Source of the DNA: Clostridia bacterium
Lineage (GTDB): Bacteria; Bacillota; Clostridia; Oscillospirales; Acutalibacteraceae
Reading direction: 5' to 3'
DNA length: 64,000 nt
Assembly: GCA_017461235.1 (NCBI GenBank)
Contig: JAFTYU010000009.1
Coordinates: forward strand, 8,177 to 72,176
Shown: piece by piece, positions 27,657 through 37,532 of the stretch
How positions within the stretch are numbered: position 1 is the stretch's first letter
How the letters are laid out: each line of letters starts with the position of its first letter
Notes under the pieces: generated by a model
What the model saw: the letters and a program-made list of their open reading frames with translations, nothing else
What the model was told of the DNA's origin: nothing
Database searches by the model: none
Program-made: the position numbers and the translations under genes

Positions 27657-28408
27657 TGGCATCCGAAAACGGTTGCGGTCTTTGCAAAATATCGGTAAAA
27701 AATATCGGCGTTAAAAAAGGTTCTGACATACTTCTTTCGGATGTTTCATTTGAACTTCACTGCGGCGAGCTGACGGCGGTTATAGGTGTTAACGGCGCAG
27801 GTAAAACTACACTTGTCAAATCAATACTCGGTGAAATTCAACACGACGGCACAGTCGGTTTTGAATCCCATCACGGAGAAAAACTCAACAAAATAACCAT
27901 CGGCTATGTTCCGCAACGACTGGATTTTGACCGTTCTGCACCTGTAAGCGTTGAAGATTTTCTGTTAGTCGGCAGAACTTCATCTCCCGTTTGTTTCAGG
28001 CGTAATAAAAAAATATCCGCGCAGTTGGACGAAGCTTTGGAATCCGTAGGTTGTCTTGAGTTGAAAAAACGTAAATTAGGGGAGCTTTCGGGTGGTGAGC
28101 TTCAGAGAGTAATGCTGGTTAACGCTCTTTATCCCCTTCCTGAATTACTTATATTAGACGAGCCCGTTTCGGGAGTTGATGCCCAGGGCAGTGAAAAGTT
28201 CTATGAAGCGATTTTGAATCTTAAACATAATTATCATATGGCTATTGCCATGGTTTCTCACGATTTGGAGATTGTCAGGGAATATGCGGACAACGTTATT
28301 CTTATAAATAAAACGGTACTTAAAAGCGGTGCTCCCAAAGAAGTTTTTGAGTCGGATGAATTCAAGAACGTTTTCTTTACCGTGCCTGAAAAGGGGGCGT
28401 TGTTATGA
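27656..28408 (+). CDS. znuC: metal ABC transporter ATP-binding protein
   Basis: GVNGAGKTT, LSGGELQR and LILDEP motifs. Confidence 0.85.
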   Translation: MASENGCGLCKISVKNIGVKKGSDILLSDVSFELHCGELTAVIGVNGAGKTTLVKSILGEIQHDGTVGFESHHGEKLNKITIGYVPQRLDFDRSAPVSVEDFLLVGRTSSPVCFRRNKKISAQLDEALESVGCLELKKRKLGELSGGELQRVMLVNALYPLPELLILDEPVSGVDAQGSEKFYEAILNLKHNYHMAIAMVSHDLEIVREYADNVILINKTVLKSGAPKEVFESDEFKNVFFTVPEKGALL

Positions 28409-29238
28409 GTATTGTTTATGATTTCTTCGGTACTGTACTGCCGTTTCATTGGGCGGACTACAAGTTTATGATAAACGCTCTTATAGCGGTGCTGCTTATT
28501 GCACCCCTTATGGGTATTCTCGGCACGATGGCAGTTAACAATAAAATGGCGTTCTTTTCCGATGCTCTTGGTCACAGCGCTTTTACGGGTATTGCTTTAG
28601 GCGTGCTTCTTGGCATTAAAAATGAAGTCATATCACTTATTGCTTTCGGTGTGCTTATTGCCCTAATAATTACAAGGGTCAAAAACAAAGGTAATTCTTC
28701 ATCGGATACGGTTATAAGTGTGTTTTCTTCCACGAGCATTGCTGTGGGATTGCTTGTGCTTTCCTACGGCGGAAGTTTTTCGAAATATAACTCATATCTT
28801 GTGGGTGATATTTTAAGTATATCGAAAAACGAAATTTTGTGTCTTTTCGTTACGTTTGCGGTAGTTATAATTCTATGGGCGATGATTTACAATAAGCTTC
28901 TTGTAATATCCGTCAACCGCGAATTAGCCGCAAGCCGCGGAATAAAAACAGGTCTTTATGAAAATATTTTTGTAATAATGGTAGCCGTAGTCGTTATGAT
29001 GTCTATTAAATGGGTGGGAATACTTCTTATAAATTCCCTTCTCATATTACCTGCTGCCGCCGCAAGAAATATTGCAAAAAACTCAAGGCAGTATTTGAGC
29101 TTGTCGGTTGCAATATCGTTAGTATCAGCCGTGTCGGGTCTCTTGATTTCCTTTTATGCCGACACATCTGCAGGTGCTACAATTGTTACCGTTTCGGCAA
29201 TAATATTCTTTATTACATACTTTATAAGAAAAAAATAA
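28405..29238 (+). CDS. znuB: metal ABC transporter permease
   Basis: Polytopic ABC-3 family profile (FFSDALGHSAFTG), with an overlapping start. Confidence 0.85.
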   Translation: MSIVYDFFGTVLPFHWADYKFMINALIAVLLIAPLMGILGTMAVNNKMAFFSDALGHSAFTGIALGVLLGIKNEVISLIAFGVLIALIITRVKNKGNSSSDTVISVFSSTSIAVGLLVLSYGGSFSKYNSYLVGDILSISKNEILCLFVTFAVVIILWAMIYNKLLVISVNRELAASRGIKTGLYENIFVIMVAVVVMMSIKWVGILLINSLLILPAAAARNIAKNSRQYLSLSVAISLVSAVSGLLISFYADTSAGATIVTVSAIIFFITYFIRKK

Positions 29239-29259
29239 TCCCGAAAGGAATGTATATAT

Positions 29260-30264
29260 ATGTTGTTTTCACAGGATATCGGCGTTGATCTCGGTACCGC
29301 CAACACATTAGTTTTTGTTAAAGGCAAGGGTATAGTTATAAGAGAGCCTTCCGTTGTGGCGGTTGATGAAAGAACAAATCCCAAAACAGTAGTAGCAGTA
29401 GGGGCGGATGCCAAAAGAATGATCGGCAGAACACCCGGCTCCATAACCGCAGTGCGCCCCCTTAAAGACGGTGTTATCGCCGACTTTGATATGACTGCAG
29501 ATATGCTCAAGGCTTTTGTGAAAAGAGCTATCAGCGGTTCACCCTTTAACAGAGCAAGGGTTATGATTTGCATCCCTTCAGGTGTTACTGAAGTTGAAAG
29601 AAGAGCCGTTCACGATGCGGCAAAAAGTGCAGGCGCAAGATACGTGAGCCTTATTGAAGAGCCTATGGCGGCGGCTATCGGCGCAGGGCTTCCCGTATTG
29701 GAAGCTACAGGAAGTATGATTGTTGATATCGGTGGCGGTACTTCCGAGGTTGCAGTTATTTCCTTAGGAGATATAGTTACTTCAAAATCCGTGAGGGTTG
29801 CCGGTGATAATTTTGATGAAGCAATTATTTCTTACGTAAAAAGAACATTCAATCTTCTTATAGGTGAACGCTCTGCAGAAGATATAAAACTCAAATTGGG
29901 TTCGGCATATCCTTACGAAGGAGAGGCCGCTATGGAAATCAAGGGAAGGAATCTTATTGACGGTCTTCCCAAATCTGTTGAGATAACAAGTGAGCAGGTG
30001 CGCCAGGCTCTTGCGGATCCTGTTGATGAGATTCTTGACGCTATACGTTACACCCTTGACAGAACACCCCCTGAGCTCTCTGCTGATATTATAGAACGCG
30101 GAATTACTCTCACGGGCGGCGGTGCATTGCTGAGAGGTCTTGATAAACTTATTTCTACCGAAACAGGTATGCCCGTAAACGTTGCAGAAAATCCTCTTGA
30201 CTGTGTTGTGAGGGGTACGGGTATATGTCTTGAAAAAGATTTATTGGGCTTTAACAGAAAATAA
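29260..30264 (+). CDS. mreB: rod shape-determining protein MreB
   Basis: [28 protein letters not shown] and GGGALL motifs. Confidence 0.95.
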   Translation: MLFSQDIGVDLGTANTLVFVKGKGIVIREPSVVAVDERTNPKTVVAVGADAKRMIGRTPGSITAVRPLKDGVIADFDMTADMLKAFVKRAISGSPFNRARVMICIPSGVTEVERRAVHDAAKSAGARYVSLIEEPMAAAIGAGLPVLEATGSMIVDIGGGTSEVAVISLGDIVTSKSVRVAGDNFDEAIISYVKRTFNLLIGERSAEDIKLKLGSAYPYEGEAAMEIKGRNLIDGLPKSVEITSEQVRQALADPVDEILDAIRYTLDRTPPELSADIIERGITLTGGGALLRGLDKLISTETGMPVNVAENPLDCVVRGTGICLEKDLLGFNRK

Positions 30265-30289
30265 AGTTCTCATATAAAGGACTGAGATA

Positions 30290-31147
30290 ATGAAAAGATT
30301 TTTACGAAGCGGTACGTTCAGAAATCTTGTGATTATAGCCGCGGTTGTGCTGCTGGGTGTGTTGTGTGCATCGGTGAGTCATAATGCATCGTCACCCTTT
30401 ACGTCGGTAATCGGTACGATTTTTTCACCACTTCAGAAATTATCCGTTGCAATATCCGATAATCTGAATGGCGTATCCGCCGCATTTACATCTTCTTCTG
30501 TATATATGAAAGAAAATGCGGCTTTGAAAAAAGAAATTGAGGAATACAGAACGAAGCTCGCAGATTACGATGACCTTAAAAAGAAGGTTGCCGCGTATGA
30601 GGAGTTTTATGGCATAAAGCAGAAAAATACTGATTTTGAAATCAGTTACGGTTCTGTAATATCAAGAGATGCCGCAGATGTTTACGGCTCTTTTGTGCTT
30701 AATACCGGCTCCAAGGACGGCGTTGAAGCAGGTGACCCGGTTATATACGGCGAGTATGTAGTGGGTATTGTTAAAAAGGTTAATTTTTCCACTTGTGTGG
30801 TTTATTCCGTTCTTGACCCCAGAGTCAATATAGGTGCTTTTGAGTCAGGTACGCGTGAATATGGTTACGTAAGCGGTGATGAAGCTCTTTATTCAGAAGG
30901 ACTTTGCAAGCTTTACGGACTTGATACATCAACATCCGTTGTAAGCGGCGGTATTGTCTGTACATCGGGTGCAGGCGGTGTCTTCCCCGACGGTCTTATT
31001 ATCGGTGAAGTTACGGCTGTCAAAAAAGATGATGTTTCTGCGGCTTGTTACGCAGAAGTAAAGCCTTTTTCAGACCTTGAGCAAATAAGTGAAGTTTTTG
31101 TTATAACTGCATTTGAAGGTCAGGGTGAAGGTGAGATAAAGGATTAA
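30290..31147 (+). CDS. mreC: rod shape-determining protein MreC
   Basis: N-terminal TM segment, a coiled-coil (ENAALKKEIEEYR) and a beta-rich C-terminus, positioned after mreB. Confidence 0.85.
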   Translation: MKRFLRSGTFRNLVIIAAVVLLGVLCASVSHNASSPFTSVIGTIFSPLQKLSVAISDNLNGVSAAFTSSSVYMKENAALKKEIEEYRTKLADYDDLKKKVAAYEEFYGIKQKNTDFEISYGSVISRDAADVYGSFVLNTGSKDGVEAGDPVIYGEYVVGIVKKVNFSTCVVYSVLDPRVNIGAFESGTREYGYVSGDEALYSEGLCKLYGLDTSTSVVSGGIVCTSGAGGVFPDGLIIGEVTAVKKDDVSAACYAEVKPFSDLEQISEVFVITAFEGQGEGEIKD

Positions 31148-31169
31148 TTGAAATTTTGACGGAAAAGAG

Positions 31170-31700
31170 GTGAACTCCTTGCATTACGGTAATAATAAAC
31201 CTAAATATGTCCGTTTCCTTATATACGCGCTTTTAATTGCGGGCGCGGCACTTATTCAGAATTCACCGTATATAATTCCTGAAATATTTGGGGCAAGGGC
31301 GTTCATTCTTTTGCCTGTTTGTGTAAGCATTGCTATGTTTGAACGTGAAATTGCCGCGGCAGTTTTTGGCGTTTTTGCAGGTGTTCTCTGGGATATTTGC
31401 ATTGGAAAAGACGGGTTTAACGCTTTTGTTCTGATTTTGATAGGCGCTGTGTGCAGTCTTCTTATAAGTCACTTTATGCGTAATAACATATTGACTGCAT
31501 TGGTTTTAGGCGTTGGTTCCGTGGTGAGTTACTGTATTATTTATGTGGTTGTTAATTTGATTTTCGGTGGTGCGGGAGCATCTGTCGGACAGTTGTTTAC
31601 ATTCTATTTGCCGTCGGGTATTTATACGGCGGTGTTTATCCCTGTTTTTTATTTTCCTGTGTCGTGGATTTACAATTCACACAAAACTGCAGATGAATAA
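31170..31700 (+). CDS. mreD: rod shape-determining protein MreD
   Basis: Small protein with about 5 TM segments after mreC. The true start may be the TTG at 31179, since GAGGTG overlaps the GTG at 31170. Confidence 0.75.
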   Translation: MNSLHYGNNKPKYVRFLIYALLIAGAALIQNSPYIIPEIFGARAFILLPVCVSIAMFEREIAAAVFGVFAGVLWDICIGKDGFNAFVLILIGAVCSLLISHFMRNNILTALVLGVGSVVSYCIIYVVVNLIFGGAGASVGQLFTFYLPSGIYTAVFIPVFYFPVSWIYNSHKTADE

Positions 31701-31711
31701 AGGTTATTTGT

Positions 31712-33820
31712 ATGTCTATTGAATTACGAAAAAAAAGAAGAATTTCAGGTACAATAATCATAGCCCTGGCTTTTATTGCACTCATAGTCTCATTGAGTGT
31801 TACGCAGATTGTGAACGGTGACGAATACAAAGCCGCCGCAAAAAGTCTGTCTGTATCAACAAGTACGGTTAAAGCCTCACGTGGCGAGATTCTTGACTGT
31901 AATGGTAACCCTCTTGTTACAAACAGGCAGGGTAATTCGGTCGTGTTTAAATATGCGGATTTTCCCGAAGCCAAAAACCAGGCTGACAGAAACGAGCTTA
32001 TATTTTCTTTGATCGGTCTTTTTGAAAAAAATCACATTGAGTGGATTGACAGATTGCCTTTAAAATATCATAGCGGAAAACTTATTGTGGATGAAGACAA
32101 AAAACAGGAGTTTGAGTATATGGTATCCCAGAATATGCTCGAGCTTGAAAAGGGGACTGATGCTTCTGCGGATGAGTGTCTCGATGCACTTATTGAAAGA
32201 TACGGTCTTGAAGACTACAGCCGTCAGGATGCTCGCAAAATAGCGTCAGTTTGTTTCGGTATGAAATACCTTTCATTTTCCGTAACATCACCATATACTT
32301 TTGCGGAAGATGTTCCTACTGAAGTAGTTTCCGTTATTATGGAAATGAGCGAAACTTATCCCGGGGTAAAAAGTGAGAGTGTAAGTTACCGTGAATACAA
32401 AGATACAACGTCATATTCCCATATTTTAGGCGTTGTGGGTTCAATAAGTGCGGAAGAATATGCTGCGGAAGAAACAAAGCTTAATGAAAAATTAAGTGAC
32501 GATTCGCTTACCGCTACAGAAATTCTTTCAATTAAAAATAATGCTTATTCCCTTGATGACAGTTACGGTAAGAGCGGTATAGAAGCCGCTATGGAGTCAT
32601 ATTTAAGAGGCACAAACGGCATAAAAACAACTACAGTTGCTTCTGACGGGACGGTTACGGAAGATTATATGACAAAACCCGTGCAGGGCAATACCGTGGT
32701 TACTACCATTGATGCAGGTCTTCAGAAGGTAGCGGCGAAAGCACTTGCTGACATGCTCAAGGATAACAAAAATTCATCGTATTTCGGCAGTGCAGGTGCC
32801 ATAGTAGTGTTGGATTGTAACACGGGCGCAGTACTTGCGAACGTGTCTTTACCCACATATGATATAACACGCTACTATCAGGATTATAATAAGCTTGCCG
32901 CCGATACGGAGAGTCCCTTGTGGAATCGTGGTATTCAGAGTGCGTATGCACCCGGTTCAACTATGAAACCCGCCATAGCACTTGCGGCATTGGAAGAGGA
33001 TGCTATAGATATAAACAGTACCTGTTATTGCGGTGCAACTTATGTTCTTGAAGACCAGACCTTTAAGTGCCTTGGTCATCATGGCTATATTAACGTAACA
33101 ACTGCTCTTGAAAAGTCATGTAACATCTTTTTCTTTGAAATGGGTAAGGTGCTTGGCATTGATAAAATGAACAAGTATTGTAACCTGTTAGGACTTGGTC
33201 AGGATACGGGTCTTGAGCTTCCTGAAGCCGAAGGTATGCTTGCGAGCGTTGCCAATAAAGAGGCTGCGGGTCAGGTTTGGCTTCCCGGTGACACGGTTCA
33301 GGCAGCTATCGGTCAGTCCGATAACCTTTTCACACCTTTGCAGTTAGCAAACTACTGCGCAACCATTGCCAACGGCGGCACGCGTTATAAGCCTTATATT
33401 ATAAAGTCGGTTCTTTCTTCTGATATGACCGATATTATTTATGAAACAGAGCCTACTGTTCTTAATACTCTTAACGCAGATCCCAAGAATCTTGCTATTG
33501 TAAAAGAAGGTATGCGTGACGTTGTGCTGAACAGCTCGTGTAGTGCATATTTTGGCGATTGTATTGTTGATGCCGCAGGCAAAACGGGTACGTCACAGCT
33601 TAAAAGAACAACTAAATCGGGTGTGACAATGGACTGTAACAACGGTTTCTTTATTTCTTTCGCTCCCTACGATGACCCTGAAATCGCCATAGCCATAGTT
33701 GCGGAAAATGCTCTTACGGGCAGCAAAACTTCTCAGGCGGCTGTGCCTATATACAATTATTATTTCAGCCAGAAAACACAATTTGATGTTCAGCAAACAC
33801 CCAATACACTTATTCCTTAA
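31712..33820 (+). CDS. mrdA: penicillin-binding protein 2 (class B transpeptidase)
   Basis: RGEILDCNG, the active-site triad STMK / SCN / KTGT, and a position after mreBCD. Confidence 0.9.
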   Translation: MSIELRKKRRISGTIIIALAFIALIVSLSVTQIVNGDEYKAAAKSLSVSTSTVKASRGEILDCNGNPLVTNRQGNSVVFKYADFPEAKNQADRNELIFSLIGLFEKNHIEWIDRLPLKYHSGKLIVDEDKKQEFEYMVSQNMLELEKGTDASADECLDALIERYGLEDYSRQDARKIASVCFGMKYLSFSVTSPYTFAEDVPTEVVSVIMEMSETYPGVKSESVSYREYKDTTSYSHILGVVGSISAEEYAAEETKLNEKLSDDSLTATEILSIKNNAYSLDDSYGKSGIEAAMESYLRGTNGIKTTTVASDGTVTEDYMTKPVQGNTVVTTIDAGLQKVAAKALADMLKDNKNSSYFGSAGAIVVLDCNTGAVLANVSLPTYDITRYYQDYNKLAADTESPLWNRGIQSAYAPGSTMKPAIALAALEEDAIDINSTCYCGATYVLEDQTFKCLGHHGYINVTTALEKSCNIFFFEMGKVLGIDKMNKYCNLLGLGQDTGLELPEAEGMLASVANKEAAGQVWLPGDTVQAAIGQSDNLFTPLQLANYCATIANGGTRYKPYIIKSVLSSDMTDIIYETEPTVLNTLNADPKNLAIVKEGMRDVVLNSSCSAYFGDCIVDAAGKTGTSQLKRTTKSGVTMDCNNGFFISFAPYDDPEIAIAIVAENALTGSKTSQAAVPIYNYYFSQKTQFDVQQTPNTLIP

Positions 33821-33826
33821 GGTGAT

Positions 33827-34549
33827 ATGATGAGAATTATTACTGTTGCTTCCGCTAAAGGCGGTGTGGGCAAATCTACTTTTTGTTGCGGTGCGGGCAA
33901 GATTCTTGCCCTTCACTCAAAAAATGTTTTGCTTGTGGATATGGACATTGGCGTCAGAAGTCTTGACATACTTTTAGGCGTGTCTGAAAAAACAGTTTAT
34001 AACTGGGGCGATATCATCAAGGGTAATTGCGATTACAGAAAAGCGGTTATCGGGGTAAAAAACGGATTGTCTTTATTGCCCGCTCCTCTTGATTTTGATG
34101 ATGAATATACTCCCGAAGCCTTTGTGAAGATGCTTGAAATATTCAGGAAGGATTTTGATTATATATTCCTTGATGCTCCTGCAGGACTTGAAAGCGGATT
34201 TAACCTTGCGGTGAAAAGTGCGGACAGCTGTATTATAATGTCAACGCCCGATGCTGTAAGTATAAGGGCGGCATCTTACGCCGCAACAAACGTGCGAAAA
34301 ACAGGGGTTTCAGATGTAAGACTTGTTGTGAATAAATTCAATAAAAAGATACATAAGAAAATAAATGTTGATGAAATTATTGACTCTGTTGGTGCAAGGC
34401 TTTTAGGTATTATCCCTGATTCAGCTGAAATTTACGGCTCGGTTGATGGTCACAAAATACCCTATGACAGTAAAGGGAATCAGGCGTTTTTACGTATTTC
34501 AAGGCGTATTTGCGGAGAAAATGTGCCGTTCAGAACAAAGAATTTATAA
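33827..34549 (+). CDS. MinD-like ParA-family ATPase
   Basis: Deviant Walker A SAKGGVGKST and DMDIGVRSLDILLG. No minC or minE lies adjacent. Confidence 0.7.
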   Translation: MMRIITVASAKGGVGKSTFCCGAGKILALHSKNVLLVDMDIGVRSLDILLGVSEKTVYNWGDIIKGNCDYRKAVIGVKNGLSLLPAPLDFDDEYTPEAFVKMLEIFRKDFDYIFLDAPAGLESGFNLAVKSADSCIIMSTPDAVSIRAASYAATNVRKTGVSDVRLVVNKFNKKIHKKINVDEIIDSVGARLLGIIPDSAEIYGSVDGHKIPYDSKGNQAFLRISRRICGENVPFRTKNL

Positions 34550-34556
34550 AAAAATA

Positions 34557-34584
34557 TTGACATTTTAAATTGTGGTAATATAAT
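34557..34584 (+). promoter_or_regulatory. promoter candidate for the riboswitch-thiT unit
   Basis: TTGACA (34557-34562), a 16-nt spacer, then TATAAT (34579-34584). Confidence 0.6.
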
Positions 34585-34625
34585 AAATGTGCTCGGAGAA
34601 AGTAGCTACACTTCGTGCCGAAAAT

Positions 34626-34722
34626 AAAACAGGGGAGCTGACGGACGTCGGCTGAGATAGAAAACATTCCTTTTCTGACCCTAATAACCTGATGCGGATA
34701 ATGCCGCCGTAGGAAAAATAAC
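34626..34722 (+). promoter_or_regulatory. TPP (THI-box) riboswitch aptamer
   Basis: GGGGAGC...GCTGAGA...GACCC..AACCTGATGCGGATAATGCCGCCGTAGGAA matches the THI-box core. Confidence 0.9.
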
Positions 34723-34731
34723 TCTGAAAGT

Positions 34732-34773
34732 ATCTCCCTATGGCAGTGTTACCGCCGTAGGGAGATTTTAATT
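34732..34773 (+). terminator. riboswitch expression-platform terminator
   Basis: ATCTCCCTA...TAGGGAGAT stem followed by TTTAATT, just upstream of the thiT Shine-Dalgarno. Confidence 0.75.
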
Positions 34774-34788
34774 CGGAGGAATTTTATT

Positions 34789-35382
34789 ATGAGTAAATTA
34801 AGTAAAAAACAAAAAATACGCAGAATTGCCGAAACAGCGATAATGCTTGCGCTTTCAACAATTCTTGCAGAGCTTGCGGTTGTTAAATTTCCGTTCGGTG
34901 GCAGTGTAACCATATTCAGTCAGGTACCGATGGTGGTTATATCTTACCGTTACGGCGTGAAATGGGGCATTTTTTCAGGACTCACGATGGGTGTTATTCA
35001 AATGCTTTTCGGTATGGGCAATTTTGCGTATGTCAGTGGTATCGTAGCCTATTTAATCCTTATTTTTGCCGATTACATAATCGCATTCGGTTCATTAGGA
35101 TTGGGCGGTATGTTTAGAAACAAGGTTAAAAATCAGGCGCTTTCACTCGCTTTGGGCGGTGCGGTTGTATCTGTAATAAGATTTATATGTCACTTTATAA
35201 GCGGCGTAACAATCTGGGGTGATTACAGCGGCGGCGCGAAAGAAGTATGGCTGTATTCTCTTGAATATAATGGCGGATATATGTTGCCGGAACTTATAAT
35301 AACCGTTGTGGGTTGCGTTATTTTAGGTGCGGTCTTTGATTTTTCTTCACCTGAACTCAAAATTTTAAAACATAAAAAGTAA
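34789..35382 (+). CDS. thiT: ECF-type thiamine transporter S component ThiT
   Basis: 197 aa with 6 TM segments, directly downstream of the TPP riboswitch, with a GGAGGA Shine-Dalgarno. Confidence 0.8.
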   Translation: MSKLSKKQKIRRIAETAIMLALSTILAELAVVKFPFGGSVTIFSQVPMVVISYRYGVKWGIFSGLTMGVIQMLFGMGNFAYVSGIVAYLILIFADYIIAFGSLGLGGMFRNKVKNQALSLALGGAVVSVIRFICHFISGVTIWGDYSGGAKEVWLYSLEYNGGYMLPELIITVVGCVILGAVFDFSSPELKILKHKK

Positions 35383-35478
35383 ATAATTTGTAAACCTCCT
35401 TTGTTTTATGCGTTTTTATTTGAATTTTCAGTAAGATGATGATAGAATAAAAGCATATTTTTCAGAGGAGGTTTTTCC

Positions 35479-36906
35479 TTGGAGGACAAAAAGAACTTTA
35501 ACGGTCAGGAAAATACCGAAGAGCTCAACAAAGAGTTAGAGAATATTGCAGAAATTTTCCGTCAACAGTTGGCAGAAACAACGGAGCAGTACGAAAAGGG
35601 CGAGATTAATATATCAGCGGATCTCACTAACCAAGAAGAAAATTTATCGTCGGCTTCAATTGAAGAGAATCTTGAGCCGGCGGAAGAATTCTTTTGCGAA
35701 GAATGTGGTGAAAGTTACACCATAGGCAAAGAAGGTCTGTGTGAGAATTGTCTTGAAGAAATGCGTGGCGCACCTTTAAAATTCCGTTATATTATTATGG
35801 CACTTTTAATAGGTGTATCTGCATTTTTCCCTATGAGAAGCTTCTGGGAAAATGTGGAGGGTTATGCTTCGGCGTATGAAGCAAAAGCCAACGGCGCCCG
35901 TGGCAAGCTTACGTCTGCACTTACCGCTTATGATGATGCCATAGCATTTTTTGAAGGAAAAGAAATAAATGCAAAAAGCCTGTATTTTGAAAGTGCGGAA
36001 ATAGTTTTCAAGGAAATGTCTTCAGGCTCTGCATCAATGAGTGATGTTGCTTCAAGAGTTTCAAAAGGACTTGAAAGCAGTTTTGTGGTTATGCCCACAT
36101 ATAAAAAGTATGAAAAAATGGGTGACGAGAGCCTTGTGATGTATGCAACCATGCAGAAGTTTTATGACGTGGTAAACAAAGCAGAGTACGCAACCTACAC
36201 CATAGATAACGAGAATATGTACAACTCCATAATGGCGGAGATTGAGAGCCTTATAGGTACTACCGTAGAAATAGAGAGCGTGAAGGGTGAAGTTCGTAAT
36301 GAACCTGTCAATGAAGCGATGGTACGTTTTTGCCAGTATATGTTTGCATACACTTCCGAAAAACAGGAAAGTGCAAGCAAGTATCTGGAAATGGTATATG
36401 AACTCAAACCCGAGTATTTATGGCTCTATGCTTATGAGCTTTCGCTGGCATCTATAAAGAACGGTGACATTAAAACTGCCGAAAAACTTGCCGAAGAGCT
36501 TGTGAAAACAAATGCCGAAGATGCAGACGGATATAACCTTTTTTCGATTATCTCAAGGATTTCGGACGACGGCAAAAAAGCCTTGGAATGGGCAGAAAAA
36601 GGCTTGGAGAAAAATCCCCAAAATGCTGAGTTGTTAAGGCAGAAGGCGATGGCTTACGCAGTTTGCGGAGATTTTGACAACGCGAAGCTCGCTGTTGACG
36701 AGGCGTTGAGCTATGAATCGTATGGTTTACTGTATTACACATCAATAGTAATTGAAAATGAACTCGGTAACACGCAAACCGTTGAAGAAACAGTATCGCT
36801 TCTTGAAACATACGGAGTCGGTGTTTCAGAAAAAATCAGAAATTATCTTGACGGCAATATTACTGCGGAACAGTTGTTTACGGAAGGGACAGGTGAAGTT
36901 GAATGA
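35479..36906 (+). CDS. membrane-anchored TPR-repeat protein with an N-terminal zinc-ribbon (CxxC...CxxC)
   Basis: CEECGESYTIGKEGLCENC, one TM segment, C-terminal TPR-like repeats, and a TTG start after GGAGG. Confidence 0.55.
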   Translation: MEDKKNFNGQENTEELNKELENIAEIFRQQLAETTEQYEKGEINISADLTNQEENLSSASIEENLEPAEEFFCEECGESYTIGKEGLCENCLEEMRGAPLKFRYIIMALLIGVSAFFPMRSFWENVEGYASAYEAKANGARGKLTSALTAYDDAIAFFEGKEINAKSLYFESAEIVFKEMSSGSASMSDVASRVSKGLESSFVVMPTYKKYEKMGDESLVMYATMQKFYDVVNKAEYATYTIDNENMYNSIMAEIESLIGTTVEIESVKGEVRNEPVNEAMVRFCQYMFAYTSEKQESASKYLEMVYELKPEYLWLYAYELSLASIKNGDIKTAEKLAEELVKTNAEDADGYNLFSIISRISDDGKKALEWAEKGLEKNPQNAELLRQKAMAYAVCGDFDNAKLAVDEALSYESYGLLYYTSIVIENELGNTQTVEETVSLLETYGVGVSEKIRNYLDGNITAEQLFTEGTGEVE

Positions 36907-37463
36907 CGGCTATATATGTAATTACCCGTGTTATTACCTTGTTCGGTGCGTATTTCAGAAAATTGTGGGAGCTCCTTGTTTGCCGTGTGTGCAAAATAGC
37001 CGTATATGATGAAAGGGCCTTCAAGTATTCCGAGCTTTGCGGTCACGTGGAGCATGAACTTCTTAATGAAAATCCGTGGAAATCATTTTTTGTATGCTGG
37101 TTCCCTTTTACAATGAACTATCTTTTGAGTACGTATTTTCTTCTTGGTTCGACGTACAATTTATTTTATATAGGTAACACAAGTGACATTTTGGCATGGT
37201 TGTTCTTATGGATAGGCATTTCTCTTGCAGCAAACTGTTCACCGTCTTTTGAGGATATGCTTGCTTTTAAGGACAGCGTTTACGGTAGGAACAATATTTT
37301 TCTTAAAATAATCTTTGCACCGTTTTTTGCGTTGATTTGTGTGATGTCCTGCCTTGAAAAATATTCATTGACGTTTATTCTCACCATATTGTATGCGGTG
37401 ATTTTCCCCTATGTTTACGGATGGTCATTGCCTGTGCTTTCACTGTTTGAACAAGTCTTTTAA
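36903..37463 (+). CDS. hypothetical polytopic membrane protein
   Basis: The start overlaps the upstream stop by 4 nt. About 5 TM segments. No confident family call. Confidence 0.5.
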   Translation: MTAIYVITRVITLFGAYFRKLWELLVCRVCKIAVYDERAFKYSELCGHVEHELLNENPWKSFFVCWFPFTMNYLLSTYFLLGSTYNLFYIGNTSDILAWLFLWIGISLAANCSPSFEDMLAFKDSVYGRNNIFLKIIFAPFFALICVMSCLEKYSLTFILTILYAVIFPYVYGWSLPVLSLFEQVF

Positions 37464-37467
37464 AAAT

Positions 37468-37504
37468 AAAGGAGCTGTAAAAACGAAGGTTTTACAGCTC
37501 CTTT
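37468..37504. terminator. bidirectional rho-independent terminator between convergent genes
   Basis: 15-bp stem AAAGGAGCTGTAAAA / TTTTACAGCTCCTTT with A/T runs on both sides. Confidence 0.85.
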
Positions 37505-37532
37505 ATTATGATTTTATGCGGTTTGTGCATTT

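Noticed and set aside
29154-29573. 139-aa minus-strand ORF overlapping mreB. Similar shadow ORFs lie inside the citrate synthase (17095-17547) and the PPC-repeat gene (25883-26374).
   Set aside because: They are antisense shadows of clearly identified conserved genes.
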